Shown here: positions 50,105 through 61,287 of the stretch, in pieces | How the letters are laid out: every line of letters begins with the position of its first letter | Numbering within the stretch: position 1 is the first letter of the stretch | Assembly (NCBI GenBank): GCA_963760365.1 | Contig: CAVXDC010000030.1 | Coordinates: 12,663-76,662 of the forward strand | From: an uncultured Phycisphaerae bacterium | Lineage (GTDB): Bacteria > Planctomycetota > Phycisphaerae > SM23-33 | DNA: 64,000 bases | Direction: 5' to 3' | Translations under genes and position numbers: made by a program | The notes under the pieces: model-generated | What the model saw: only the letters and a program-made list of their open reading frames with translations | What the model was told of the DNA's origin: nothing | Databases searched by the model: none

Positions 50105-51009
50105 GGCTTTTTTCCACATGCCAACGTTTTCTGCCCGCCTGGCCGGGGCGATTGCGGCGGGCGGGCGTGCTGGGGTTGAACGGTCGGAACCTGAACGTCC
50201 TGACGGCCTGGAACCCCAAGCCGCTCTATCGCCTGGCCGATGACAAGCTGGCCACCAAGGAGCTGTGCGCCCAGTACGGCATCGCGGTGCCGCAAACATT
50301 TGCCGTGGTGGACCATCCCGTCCAGGTCCGCCGGCTGGACCGCCTGGTGGGGTCGCATTCGGAGTTCATCGTTAAGCCCGTTCGCGGCGCCGGCGGTCGC
50401 GGCGTGGTGCTCATTACCGGGCGGAGCGACAGAAGTTTTATGACGGTGGGGGGGACGATGTCATCCGCCGACCTTCGATACCACCTGCTGGAGATCCTGG
50501 GTGGGACGTACTCTCTGGGCGGCAGGGCCGACCGGGCGATGATTGAGCAGCGGATTGCCAGCCACCCGGCCCTGGCGGCCTGGTCGGCCGGCGGGACGCC
50601 GGATGTGCGGATCGTCCTGTTCCGCGGGGCGCCGATCATGGCCATGCTCCGCCTGCCGACGTCGCGCTCCGCCGGCAGGGCCAACCTCCACCAGGGCGCC
50701 CTGGGCGTGGGGTTGGACCTGCGGACCGGCTCGGCCATCGCGGCTGTGTGCGAGGGAAAGACCGTGGACCGCCACGTGGATAGCGGTTTGTCCATCGGCG
50801 ACATCGCCGTGCCCGCCTGGCCGGAGATCCTGGCCGTTGCGAGGAGGCTGGCGGCCGTCATCGGCTTGGGATACCTTGGCGTGGATATCGTCCTGGACGA
50901 CCGCGCCAGGCCCGTGGTGCTGGAGGCCAATGGCCGGCCTGGCCTGACCATCCAAATCGCCAACCGCTGCGGGCTGCTGAAAAAGATCGACGAAATGGAT
51001 ACTCGTTGA
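50101..51009 (+). CDS. alpha-L-glutamate ligase-related ATP-grasp protein (RimK-related, TIGR02291-like)
   Basis: Intact 302 aa. The N-terminus GVLGLNGRNLNVLTAWNPKPLYRLADDKLATKELC matches the family signature (GxLGMNxRN..YPLVDDKLxTK). The ATP-grasp core is FIVKPVRGAGGRGV and GVDIVLDDRARPVVLEANGRPGL. Confidence 0.7.
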   Translation: MRLFSTCQRFLPAWPGRLRRAGVLGLNGRNLNVLTAWNPKPLYRLADDKLATKELCAQYGIAVPQTFAVVDHPVQVRRLDRLVGSHSEFIVKPVRGAGGRGVVLITGRSDRSFMTVGGTMSSADLRYHLLEILGGTYSLGGRADRAMIEQRIASHPALAAWSAGGTPDVRIVLFRGAPIMAMLRLPTSRSAGRANLHQGALGVGLDLRTGSAIAAVCEGKTVDRHVDSGLSIGDIAVPAWPEILAVARRLAAVIGLGYLGVDIVLDDRARPVVLEANGRPGLTIQIANRCGLLKKIDEMDTR

Positions 51010-51080
51010 CGGGTTGACCAAGTAACGGATCGACATCCGGAATAGATTACAAAGCAAACGCAAGCACGAAGGCTCTCTCG

Positions 51081-51929
51081 ATGTCTCTTCTAGCGTGGTC
51101 ACTGATTCCTCCGGACGTGCAGCACGTCGCGGTGTTTTTGCTGCTGGGGGGCGTCTCGGCCATGCTGGTCAGTGCCGCCAAGGCGGGTTTCGGTGGGACG
51201 ATCGGCGTGCTGAGCTTTCCCATCATGGTGTACGCCTACAGCGGCAACGCGATGCTGGCCACGGGCACCACGCTGCCGCTGCTGATCGCCACCGACGTGG
51301 TGGCCCTGGTGAGTTGGTGGGGCAGGTGGAACCGCCGGACGGTGTGGATGATACTGCCGGGGGCGATCGCGGGCATCGCCGTCGGAGCCTTGGTGCTGTG
51401 GGGGTTGCGACGGATGGGCGACCCGGTGCAATCCGCCAAGGCCGGCAGCAGCGCCAACGCCGCGCTGATGCTGATGGTGGGCGTAATCTCCGTGGGCTTC
51501 GTGGTTCTCCAGACCGTCAACGCCCTTTTCTACCGGCCTGGGGCGTTCCGGCCCGTGCCCTGGCAGGGGACGGCCGTGGGGGCGGCCGCGGGCGTCACCA
51601 GCACCCTGGCCCACGCCGCAGGCCCCGTGGCCACCATGTACCTGCTGCCCCAGCAGATGCCCAAGGGCACCTACGTGGCCACCACGGTGCTGTTCTTTGC
51701 CGTCGTCAACTTGGTCAAGCTCATCCCCTACGTGGCGCTGGGGCTGATCAACACCACCACGCTGGGGGCGGGGGTCGTGCTGCTGCCGGCCGTCGTCCTG
51801 GGGGCGGTCCTGGGACTGAAGCTGCACGGCCGGGTCCCGCAGCGCCAGTTCACGGCCGTGGTCTACGTCCTGCTGGCCTTGACGGGGGCGCACATGATTT
51901 ATCAGGGACTGGGTGGGTTGCTGAGATAG
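51081..51929 (+). CDS. TauE/SafE (TSUP) family anion exporter
   Basis: Intact 282 aa with about 8 TM segments and the duplicated GxGGG-like motif (KAGFGGTIGVL, AAGVTSTLAHAAGP). Confidence 0.65.
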   Translation: MSLLAWSLIPPDVQHVAVFLLLGGVSAMLVSAAKAGFGGTIGVLSFPIMVYAYSGNAMLATGTTLPLLIATDVVALVSWWGRWNRRTVWMILPGAIAGIAVGALVLWGLRRMGDPVQSAKAGSSANAALMLMVGVISVGFVVLQTVNALFYRPGAFRPVPWQGTAVGAAAGVTSTLAHAAGPVATMYLLPQQMPKGTYVATTVLFFAVVNLVKLIPYVALGLINTTTLGAGVVLLPAVVLGAVLGLKLHGRVPQRQFTAVVYVLLALTGAHMIYQGLGGLLR

Positions 51930-51944
51930 CGGGATAGGAAAGAC

Positions 51945-52022
51945 AGGTTAGAGATGAGAGGTTAGAGGTTAAGAAAGGGGCTCTCTACGATAAAGGCCTT
52001 GCCAGACTCTAATCTCTAACCT
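51945..52022. repeat. AGGTTAG-type heptamer inverted repeat between convergent genes (TauE / ppdK)
   Basis: AGGTTAGAGATGAGAGGTTAGAGGTTAAG (51945-51973) faces ACTCTAATCTCTAACCT (52006-52022), whose reverse complement is AGGTTAGAGATTAGAGT. Confidence 0.8.
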
Positions 52023-52041
52023 TCCGCAGGAACCCTGGCGG

Positions 52042-54744
52042 TTACTTTCTGCGTTTCCTGGTGGGCTTGCGTGTGGTTTTTTTCGCGGCTCTCTTTGCCG
52101 CCTTTTTGGCCGGGTAGCGGATGGCGGCCTGGGCGGCGGCCAGGCGCGCGACCGGCACGCGGTAGGGGGAGCAGCTCACGTAGTCCAGGCCCACCTGATG
52201 GCAGAATTCCACGCTGGCGGGGTCCCCGCCGTGCTCGCCGCAGATGCCTAGCACAAGGTTCGGCCGGGTCTTTCGGCCCTTTTCCACGGCGATGCGGATC
52301 ATCTGTCCCACGCCGACGCGGTCCAGCGTCTGGAACGGGTCGTAATCGTAGATGCCCATCTCCACGTAATTCTTGAGGAACCGGCCGGCGTCGTCGCGGC
52401 TGAAGCCGCAGCCCATCTGCGTCAGGTCGTTGGTGCCGAAGCTGAAGAACTCCGCCTCGGTGGCGATCTCGTCGGCCGTCAGCGCGCCGCGCGGCACCTC
52501 GATCATCGTGCCGATCTGGTAGTGGAACGGCAGCTTCCGGACGCCTTTTTCGGCCTTGAGCTGCTCCAGAACCTCCAGGACCACCTTCTTCTGGTGGGCC
52601 AGCTCCTTCACGTTGCCCACCAGCGGGATCATGATCTTCGGGCTGGCAGCCCTTGACCGCCAGGGCGGCCTCGAAGACCGCGCGGGCCTGCATGGCGGTG
52701 ATCTCCGGATACGTGATGCCCAGCCGGCAGCCGCGCAGGCCCAGCATCGGGTTGAACTCGTGCAGCGACTCCACCTTGGCCTTGATCTTCTCCACCGGCA
52801 CGCCCATGGCCGTGGCCATCTCCTGCTGGCCCGGCGTCGTCGTGCGGTAGGAACTCGTGCAGCGGCGGGTCGAGGAAGCGGATGATGGCCGGCCGCCCGG
52901 CCAGGGCCTGGAAGATGCCGATGAAGTCCTGTCGCTGGAGCGGCAGCAGCTTTTCCAGCGCCTTGCGGCGGCCCTCGGCGTCCTCGGCCAGGATCATCTC
53001 GCGCATCGGGACGATGCGGTCGCCTTCGAAGAACATGTGCTCCGTGCGGCACAGGCCGATGCCCTCGGCCCCGAACCGCACCGCCACCTTGGCGTCGTGC
53101 GGCGTGTCGGCGTTGGCGCGGACGCCCAGGCGGCGGTACTTGTCGGCCAGCTTCATGATCACCCCGAACGGCCCAGTGAGCGCCGGTTCGACGGTGGGGA
53201 TTTTCCCGGCGTACACGGCCCCGATCGAGCCGTTGAGGCTGATCCAGTCGCCTTCTTTCAGCGTGGTGCCGCCGGCGGTGAGGGTCTTGGCTTTGTAGTC
53301 GATGACCGCGTCGCCCGCCCCGGCCACGCAGCACTTGCCCATGCCGCGGGCGACGACGGCCGCGTGGCTGGTCATGCCGCCCCGGCTGGTGAGGATGCCC
53401 TTGGCCACGTTCATGCCGCCGATGTCCTCGGGGCTGGTCTCGATGCGAACGAGGATGACGGCCCGGTTCATCTCCCCCCACCGCTCGGCGTCCTCGGCGC
53501 AGAAGACAATCTGACCCGTCGCCGCCCCGGGACTGGCGGGCAGGCCGGAGCAGATTTTCGGCGCCGCCTCTTCGGCCTTGGGATCGAAGGTGGGGTGCAG
53601 GAGTTGGTCGATCGCCTTGGGTTCCACGCGCATCACGGCCTGCTGCTCGCTGATGAGGCCTTCCTTGACCATGTCCACGGCGACCTTGACTGCCGCGGCG
53701 GCGGTCCGCTTGCCGTTGCGGGTCTGGAGCATGTAGAGCTTCCGCCGCTCGATGGTGAACTCGACGTCCTGCATGTCGCGGTAGTGCGTCTCGAGGATCC
53801 GGCGGATCTCCAGGAGCTGCCTGTAGGAGGTCCGGTCGCGCTGGGCCAGCTCGTCGATGGGCAGCGGTGTGCGGATGCCGGCTACGACGTCCTCGCCCTG
53901 GGCGTTCATCAGGAACTCTCCGTAGAACTTGTTCTCGCCGGTGGAAGGGTTGCGGGTGAAGGCCACGCCCGTGCCGCTGTCGTCGCCCAGATTGCCGAAA
54001 ACCATCGTCTGGACGTTGACGGCCGTGCCCAAAAGACCGCGGATGTCGTTGAGCTGGCGGTACTTGATCGCGCGGGGGTTGTTCCAGCTTCCGAGGACCG
54101 CGTCGATCGAGGCGTCCAGCTGCGCCCGGGCGTCCTGGGGAAAACTCTTGCCGGCGTGCTGGTATGACCTTCTCGTACGCGGCCACTACGTCCTTGAGGC
54201 CCTCGACGTCCAGTTCGGTGTCCAGCCTGGCCCCGCGGCGATCCTTGACGGTCTGGAGGGCGTGCTCGAAGTCGTCGTGCTCGATGCCCAGCACCACGTC
54301 GCCGAACATTTGCATGAAGCGGCGGTAGGCGTCCCAGGCGAACCGCTCGTTGCCGGTCAGGCGGGTGAGGGCTTGGAGGGTCTGATTGTTCAGCCCCAGG
54401 TTCAGCACGGTGTCCATCATGCCGGGCATGGAGGCGGCCGCCCCGCTGCGGACCGAGACCAGCAAAGGATTGGACCCGTGGCCGAAGGTCTTGCCGGTGA
54501 GCTTCTCCAGCCTCTGGATGTTGGCGGTGACTTCCTCCGCCAGGCCCCGCGGCCACTGGCGATTGAGCTTGTAGAACAGATCGCACGCCACGGTGGTGAT
54601 GGTGAAGCCTGGGGGGACGGGCAGGCCCAGGGAGCTCATCTCCGCGAGGTTAGCGCCCTTGCCTCCCAGCAAGGCCTTCATGGCAGCCTTGCCCTCGGCC
54701 TTGCCGCCGCCGAAGAAATACACGTACTTAGTCTTCTTGGCCAT
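52042..54744 (-). CDS. ppdK: pyruvate, phosphate dikinase with a basic C-terminal tail (heavily frameshifted as assembled)
   Basis: The N-terminus is [22 protein letters not shown]. The middle is [30 protein letters not shown] (phospho-His loop) and GLCRTEHMF. The C-terminus is [12 protein letters not shown] and [10 protein letters not shown]. These lie in ORFs 52042-54744, 52629-54032 and 52016-52819, with at least 4 frame changes. It ends [22 protein letters not shown]. Confidence 0.9.
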   Translation of the reverse strand: MAKKTKYVYFFGGGKAEGKAAMKALLGGKGANLAEMSSLGLPVPPGFTITTVACDLFYKLNRQWPRGLAEEVTANIQRLEKLTGKTFGHGSNPLLVSVRSGAAASMPGMMDTVLNLGLNNQTLQALTRLTGNERFAWDAYRRFMQMFGDVVLGIEHDDFEHALQTVKDRRGARLDTELDVEGLKDVVAAYEKVIPARRQEFSPGRPGAAGRLDRRGPRKLEQPPRDQVPPAQRHPRSFGHGRQRPDDGFRQSGRRQRHGRGLHPQPFHRREQVLRRVPDERPGRGRRSRHPHTAAHRRAGPARPDLLQAAPGDPPDPRDALPRHAGRRVHHRAAEALHAPDPQRQADRRRGSQGRRGHGQGRPHQRAAGRDARGTQGDRPTPAPHLRSQGRRGGAENLLRPARQSRGGDGSDCLLRRGRRAVGGDEPGRHPRSHRDQPRGHRRHERGQGHPHQPGRHDQPRGRRRPRHGQVLRGRGGRRGHRLQSQDPHRRRHHAERRRLDQPQRLDRGRVRRENPHRRTGAHWAVRGDHEAGRQVPPPGRPRQRRHAARRQGGGAVRGRGHRPVPHGAHVLRRRPHRPDARDDPGRGRRGPPQGAGKAAAAPATGLHRHLPGPGRAAGHHPLPRPAAARVPTARRRRASRRWPRPWACRWRRSRPRWSRCTSSTRCWACAAAGWASRIRRSPPCRPARSSRPPWRSRAASPKIMIPLVGNVKELAHQKKVVLEVLEQLKAEKGVRKLPFHYQIGTMIEVPRGALTADEIATEAEFFSFGTNDLTQMGCGFSRDDAGRFLKNYVEMGIYDYDPFQTLDRVGVGQMIRIAVEKGRKTRPNLVLGICGEHGGDPASVEFCHQVGLDYVSCSPYRVPVARLAAAQAAIRYPAKKAAKRAAKKTTRKPTRKRRK

Positions 54745-54984
54745 CGAATCTCTCTCCGTTAAGGCTGGTCGTAATCCTTTTCCGCGGAAAGCGCCGCCCC
54801 TGGGCGCTTGCGGGGTTGCTGCGGTGGGGTTGGTTCTGCGGAGATACGCTCATCCTTGGCCCCGCCAGGGGCAAAACGAGCCAGCAGTTTAGGTTTGCCC
54901 CCAAACCATGTCAACGTTTTTCGGCTCCACGGCGGGCGACGCGCTTGTTTTGGGCGTGGCGCAGGAGTTAGAATGGGCGTCAAG

Positions 54985-55090
54985 TTCGCTAGGGGCGCCC
55001 GTACGGGCTGAGAGTGACCCTTGGAACCTGATCAATGGAGCCTACCCCCCGGTTGGGGCGGGCGAGTTGCGTAGGGAAGCGGACGGCCGG
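54985..55090 (+). promoter_or_regulatory. TPP (THI-box) riboswitch
   Basis: AGGGGCGCCCGTACGGGCTGAGAGTGACCCTTGGAACCTGATC...GCGTAGGGAAG contains the conserved CTGAGA, ACCCTT-GAACCTGATC and GTAGGGA elements. It is upstream of thiC. Confidence 0.85.
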
Positions 55091-55111
55091 TGAAGGCAGA
55101 TTTCCTCGTTC

Positions 55112-55140
55112 AGGCCGCTCCCGCGCGGCCTTCTTTATTA
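55112..55140 (+). terminator. intrinsic terminator forming the riboswitch expression platform
   Basis: AGGCCGC-TCCCGC-GCGGCCT stem-loop followed by TCTTTATT, lying between the aptamer and the thiC start. Confidence 0.6.
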
Positions 55141-55198
55141 GCCGGTTACGGCAGGTTGAGCAGTTTTGCTGCCCACGGGATGCTAGCCAGGAGATGGG

Positions 55199-56497
<1,299 letters not shown>

Positions 56498-56616
56498 AGT
56501 TTCCGGGGCGAGGGGTAGACAGGTGACCGGTCGGTGGGGAAAATCCCGGCTTGTCGAATGGGGCAAGGTCAGTTAGTCCTCCGGCCCCGGCAGGCGTGGT
56601 TCGGCAAAGGCATAGC

Positions 56617-57321
56617 ATGACGAAACACAAGGAATCCTTCTGGGTCGGGGTGAAGAATGACGTGCGCAGCCGCCTGATCTCCGGGACGGTGGTGTTGGTG
56701 CCCCTGTTCATTACCCTCGCTATCCTGCGGTGGCTGTTCTTGTGGCTGTCGGGTTTCCTGTCTCCGGCAGTTGCCAAGCTGTTCACCGAGGGGAATCTGA
56801 AGGCCCGGTTGGGCCAGGCCGGTGCCGACTTCGTGCTCCGCTACGCCAACGTCATCGCACCGGTCGTCGCCTTGGTGCTGCTGGTGGTGCTTCTCTATGT
56901 CACGGGGGCGCTGACTCGGCGGGTGGTGGGCAAGAAGATCCTGGCCTTGGGCGAGGCCATCCTGCTTCGCATCCCGGTCGTCAAGCCCATCTATTCGGCG
57001 GCCAAACAGGTGGTGGAGGCTGTGTCCTTGCCGAACCGAGGCGCCTTCAAGGCGGTCGTCCTGGTGCACTTTCCGCATCCACGGATGTGGGCGGTGGGAT
57101 TCCTGACGGGGACGATCGTCGATCAGAACGGCAGGCGACTGTACAAGGTCTTCATCCCCACCACGCCCAACCCCACCACGGGGTTCTATGAGTTCGCCGA
57201 GCCGGAAGAACTGATGGTGACGGACATCCCTGTGGACATGGCCTTCAAGATGATCATTTCCGGCGGCATCATTGCCCCGGAGAAGTACAACGCTCGCCCC
57301 ATCGGCTTGGAGTATATGTAG
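56617..57321 (+). CDS. DUF502-family membrane protein
   Basis: Intact. There are two N-terminal TM helices, then IPVVKPIYSAAKQVVEAV, AVVLVHFPHP and FIPTTPNPTTGFYEF, typical of DUF502. The ORF is open from 56551. Confidence 0.6.
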   Translation: MTKHKESFWVGVKNDVRSRLISGTVVLVPLFITLAILRWLFLWLSGFLSPAVAKLFTEGNLKARLGQAGADFVLRYANVIAPVVALVLLVVLLYVTGALTRRVVGKKILALGEAILLRIPVVKPIYSAAKQVVEAVSLPNRGAFKAVVLVHFPHPRMWAVGFLTGTIVDQNGRRLYKVFIPTTPNPTTGFYEFAEPEELMVTDIPVDMAFKMIISGGIIAPEKYNARPIGLEYM

Positions 57322-57377
57322 CTCAACCGATGGTCGGTGGCTGAGGTGTTGGCGCTTTCGCAATCAGGAGCGAGACC

Positions 57378-58289
57378 ATGCGAAGGATGACACTGCTAGG
57401 TATGGTGTTTGGGTTGGCCGTTGCAGCGGGGAATTGCCTGGCCGGGCAGGAGGATAACTGGCTGGAAGCGGGGGTGCAGCTCGCCCAGGTTAGCGGTGAA
57501 CCAAACGCCGCCGCAGGCGCCGCGGCGACCGCCCCGCCGGGCGCGAGGTACGTGCCCTGGCAGGAGCGTCGCGGGCCGGCCTATCCGGGCGACTTCTGGC
57601 GCAGCTTCGGGCGTTATGGCAAGGAACTGCCTGAGACCTTGTGGGACGACACCAAGGTCACCTTCACCAGCCCAGTCAGTTGGGTCTGCTTCGGCCTGGC
57701 GGGGGCGGCGGGGATCGCCCTCAACGGTGGCAACGGCGACGAGCAGGTGGCCCACCACTTCACCAAGCACGGTTCGCAGCTCAACACCTTCTGGGACTCC
57801 GTCGGCGACGCCGGCGGCAACCCCTACACGCACTTTGCCGTCGCCGGTGCGGCCTACCTAGTGAGCCTGGCCAGGCAGGACACGCGGAACTACGAAGTCT
57901 CCGCGACGATGATGAATGCCCTGATCATCAACAGCCTGTTCACCGAGGTTCTCAAGGTGGCCGCTCGCACCGACAGTCCCAACGGGGAACACCTCGCCTG
58001 GCCCAGCGGGCACGCCTCCAGCAGCTTCTGCTTTGCGACGGTCGCCTACGAGGCCTACGGGCCGTGGGTGGGCGTGCCGCTGTTCGGGTTTGCCAGCTAC
58101 GTCGGCTACGAGCGGCTCGACGCCCGCAACCACGACTTTTCCGACGTCATCTCCGGTGCGCTGATCGGCGTCGCCATCGGCCACGCCGTCTCTAAAAACC
58201 ACCAGCCCAAGTTCCTGAGCATGGACGTCGTACCCTATGTCAACCCCGCCAACGGCGCCATGGGCATCGCCTTGAGCAAGACGTGGTGA
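57378..58289 (+). CDS. PAP2-family phosphatase with signal peptide
   Basis: Intact 303 aa. The signal-like N-terminus is MRRMTLLGMVFGLAVAAGNCLAG. The PAP2 motifs are KVAARTDSP, PSGHASS and ERLDARNHDFSDV. Confidence 0.65.
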   Translation: MRRMTLLGMVFGLAVAAGNCLAGQEDNWLEAGVQLAQVSGEPNAAAGAAATAPPGARYVPWQERRGPAYPGDFWRSFGRYGKELPETLWDDTKVTFTSPVSWVCFGLAGAAGIALNGGNGDEQVAHHFTKHGSQLNTFWDSVGDAGGNPYTHFAVAGAAYLVSLARQDTRNYEVSATMMNALIINSLFTEVLKVAARTDSPNGEHLAWPSGHASSSFCFATVAYEAYGPWVGVPLFGFASYVGYERLDARNHDFSDVISGALIGVAIGHAVSKNHQPKFLSMDVVPYVNPANGAMGIALSKTW

Positions 58290-58520
58290 CGACGGCGGCC
58301 CAAAAGTCAAGCCGCAGGCGGATGTTAGGGAAGAACTGGGCAGGGTAGGCCCGAAGCGTCTGGGAATTCCACAAGATCTCGATACGTTCATTCCGCTCAG
58401 AAACTGCAAGGAAATTAGATGTAACCACTCCTCGTTGTGGGTCACCTAGTCATAAGGCCCAGCGGAGGGCATAAAATTAACAGATGGGGGCAACCCCATC
58501 CACGATGAGGAGAATCGACC

Positions 58521-59642
58521 ATGAAGCGATTAGGCCTACGAGCCATAGCCCTTGCGGGCGTCTTGGTCGTCTTTGTGGCGGTGCAGGATTGTCGCGCGGC
58601 GGGTGGGTTTGTGACGGCCCAGCCGGCGGAGAAGCCCGCCGCGATCGCGGCCATCGAGCAGGCAGCCGGCCCCTCCGAGGTGATCTCGGCCTTCACCAAG
58701 GCCTTGGCGGGTGGAGAAGATAAAGCGGCGGTTTACTCGGCGTTCGTCCATCGCATGGTTCAGCTCGGCCTGCCCCAGGCCACCTACGATCAGGCCCAGA
58801 CGGCCGTCGGACTCGACCCGTCCGACAAAGTCTCCTGGGCCGTGATCGCCTTCACCCAGGCCAGTACCGGCAAGATGGAAGAGGCTCTGTCCTCCCTGGC
58901 CAAGGCATCGCCGCAGGCCGATGACGACCCCTTCGTCGTCAAGACGGCCGGGCAATTGCTGGCCTGGTATGACAGCACTCCAGACCAGGCTGTCACGGAC
59001 GAGACCCGCAAGGCCGTCGAAGATGTCCGCAAGCGTTTGGCAGATAACGGACTGTTCATGGAGACCTACCAGACGACGATGGAGGCCTTCCAGCTCTATC
59101 GCCTGACCGGTGCCGAAAAGCCCACGGCCCCGTCCGGTCAGGCACCAACTCCGGCGGAGCCCAATGCCCAATCTGTGGCCGTTGAAAACCGGACCATCAT
59201 CATCTACCCACAGCCGAACGTGGTGTACGGATATTCCTATCCGTTGTTCTTCCCATCCCCTCGGTATTACAGACCCTTCATCAGGTGGCCACGGTTCCCA
59301 CCGGTATCTTTCCCGGGGGATCATCGACACCGCGGGTCTGACCGGGATGACCATCGCGACCGCGACGCGGATCGCCCTCGCGACGGCGGCAAGGGTACGG
59401 ATCGTCCATCGCCGGGTGGCCGACGTGTTGGCCGGAGCGCGTCCGTCCCCGGCGTTAAGGTGGATTCTCTGCTTGCGTCCGACCGGCAGGATAGAACGAC
59501 CGTCGAGGATTCTTCAGACCGCCGGGTTCCAGTTCCGTTTGCGCCTGCCAGAGTGTTGATGCGCGACGGGGATGGCAGGGACTTCCGCTCCATCCCGTGG
59601 GTCCACGTGGATCGAGCCCCTGACGGCCGCAGGTCCCGGTAA
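58521..59642 (+). CDS. secreted hypothetical protein with helical N-domain and R/D/P-rich low-complexity tail
   Basis: Intact 373-aa ORF. The signal-like N-terminus is MKRLGLRAIALAGVLVVFVAV. The C-terminus is a DRDDHRDRDADRPRD-type low-complexity region. I recognise no homolog. Coding status is inferred from ORF length and start context. Confidence 0.4.
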   Translation: MKRLGLRAIALAGVLVVFVAVQDCRAAGGFVTAQPAEKPAAIAAIEQAAGPSEVISAFTKALAGGEDKAAVYSAFVHRMVQLGLPQATYDQAQTAVGLDPSDKVSWAVIAFTQASTGKMEEALSSLAKASPQADDDPFVVKTAGQLLAWYDSTPDQAVTDETRKAVEDVRKRLADNGLFMETYQTTMEAFQLYRLTGAEKPTAPSGQAPTPAEPNAQSVAVENRTIIIYPQPNVVYGYSYPLFFPSPRYYRPFIRWPRFPPVSFPGDHRHRGSDRDDHRDRDADRPRDGGKGTDRPSPGGRRVGRSASVPGVKVDSLLASDRQDRTTVEDSSDRRVPVPFAPARVLMRDGDGRDFRSIPWVHVDRAPDGRRSR

Positions 59643-59865
59643 CACGCGGTCCCTGACGTTAAGGTAGGGTGTGCAGTTTCGCTGCACACGCAGCTTCCAT
59701 GTCGTCTCCTAACCCGTGCGCAGCAGAGCAGCGCACCCCATCAGCGACCTGACCGTGAGGGGAACTTGCCTTCCTCGGGGAGGAAGATTTTATGAATCCT
59801 CGGTATTGTTTAAACCCAACCGGACACCGTTGGCACTTTATGGCAGAGGCCGATCGGACCTGACA

Positions 59866-61287
59866 ATGCAAGGGCTTGGACTGCTGGTGAGGGCTGCGCA
59901 GGCGGGCGACCTGGACGCCTACAGTCAAATCGTCATGAGGTTCCAGGACATGGGCTATGCGTGTGCCTACGCCGTCCTGGGCGACTTTCACCTGGCTCAG
60001 GACGTCACGCAGGAGGCCTTCATTGAGGCCTACCAGAACTTGGCGAAGCTGCGGGACGTCGAGGCCTTCCCAGGCTGGTTTAGGAAGGTCGTTCGCTACA
60101 GGTGCAGCCGAGTCAGGCGGGCAAGGCGTCTGCCGTGGGTGCCGCTGGAGTCGGGCTTGGGCGTGGCATCGAGCGGCCCGGGGCCGAGCCAGGTGGCCGA
60201 GGAGCGCGAAATAAAAGACAAGGTGATCGAGGCGATCCGCTCCCTGCCGCAACCGCAGCGTGAGGTCACCGCCTTGTTCTACATCGATGGGTACTCACAA
60301 CAAGAGATCGCCGCGTTCCTGGATGTCCCGGTGAATACCGTCAAGAGCCGCCTGCGTGCTTCCAGGAATCGGCTGAAGGAAAGGATGATTCGAATGCTTG
60401 GGCAGGTCTTCAACGAACACAAGCTTCCCGATGATTTTGCGGGACGCGTGATCCAAGGTGTCCCTGTGCTGGCGTGGGGCAAGAGCGGGAACACCACGTA
60501 CATCGCGGCCGTCTCAGCGGCCTTGGCTGTCACAGACCGGCCTTTCGACTACGACTCCCTGATGGTCTACAGCGGCTTGGCGTTTCGCCTTCGCTATGTC
60601 CGCCGCCTGGACGGGCGTGAGTGGAGCGGCGTCGGACCGGTGGGGCAGTTCCCCGAAGAAGCCGAGGCCGTCAGAAAGGCGACGGGGTGTGAGGGTCTCT
60701 GGACCAAGGACATGCAGGAGAAGAAGCGGCGCACGGTGGCCGCCCTGGATGCCGGCCTCTGCCCCACGGCCTACATCGAGGGCGACACGGGCGTCATCTA
60801 CGGCTACGACGAGGGGGGGGATACCGTCCTGGTTCGCTGCTATGACCTGGGCGAGGGGTTTCACAAGATGCCCTTCGAGAAGGTCACCAGCGGGGGCGGC
60901 CCGTTCTTCCTGGAGCCCAAGGGCGATCCCCTGCCGCCGCGCGACGCGTTGATGCAGGGACTCAAGTTGGGCGTCATGAACTGGCACCGCGGACGTATGC
61001 CTGGCGAACAGTGGCAACCGTGGCGAGGCAAGGGGGCGTGGGAGTACTGCTTTGGCGATTCGGCCTACCAGGCCTGGGTCGAGGACCTCAGGACCATCGC
61101 CAAGCTGAACGCCGACGAGCGGGCTGGCCTTTATTCGAACCATCGTTGGACGGCTTATCACCTGTATGACGCTCGCCAGGCCGCGGCGCGGTTCCTGACC
61201 GGTCATGCCGACGTGCTCGGCAAGGGAGCGAGGGTGAATCTGGAGACGGCAGCCGGCCTGTACGACAAGGCCGGGAGAACGATTTAG
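59866..61287 (+). CDS. ECF-type sigma-70 factor fused to a ~300-aa C-terminal domain of unknown function
   Basis: Sigma region 2 is DLDAYSQIVMRFQDMGYACAYAVLGDFHLAQDVTQEAFIEAYQNL..FPGWFRKVV. Region 4 is LPQPQREVTALFYIDGYSQQEIAAFLDVPVNTVKSRLRASRNRL. A soluble-looking extension with no TM helix follows. Coding-like sequence continues in frame past the TAG at 61285 to TAA at 61456-61458. Confidence 0.75.
   Translation: MQGLGLLVRAAQAGDLDAYSQIVMRFQDMGYACAYAVLGDFHLAQDVTQEAFIEAYQNLAKLRDVEAFPGWFRKVVRYRCSRVRRARRLPWVPLESGLGVASSGPGPSQVAEEREIKDKVIEAIRSLPQPQREVTALFYIDGYSQQEIAAFLDVPVNTVKSRLRASRNRLKERMIRMLGQVFNEHKLPDDFAGRVIQGVPVLAWGKSGNTTYIAAVSAALAVTDRPFDYDSLMVYSGLAFRLRYVRRLDGREWSGVGPVGQFPEEAEAVRKATGCEGLWTKDMQEKKRRTVAALDAGLCPTAYIEGDTGVIYGYDEGGDTVLVRCYDLGEGFHKMPFEKVTSGGGPFFLEPKGDPLPPRDALMQGLKLGVMNWHRGRMPGEQWQPWRGKGAWEYCFGDSAYQAWVEDLRTIAKLNADERAGLYSNHRWTAYHLYDARQAAARFLTGHADVLGKGARVNLETAAGLYDKAGRTI

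Noticed and set aside
59740-59865. ECF-type autoregulated promoter (GGAACTT at about 59761) and small hairpins (GTGTGCAG-TTTC-GCTGCACAC at about 59669; CTTCCT-CGGGG-AGGAAG at about 59771) upstream of the ECF sigma gene.
   Set aside because: No CGT-type -10 element lies at the expected 16-17-nt spacing after GGAAC. Hairpins of this size are common in GC-rich intergenic DNA. The evidence is insufficient.
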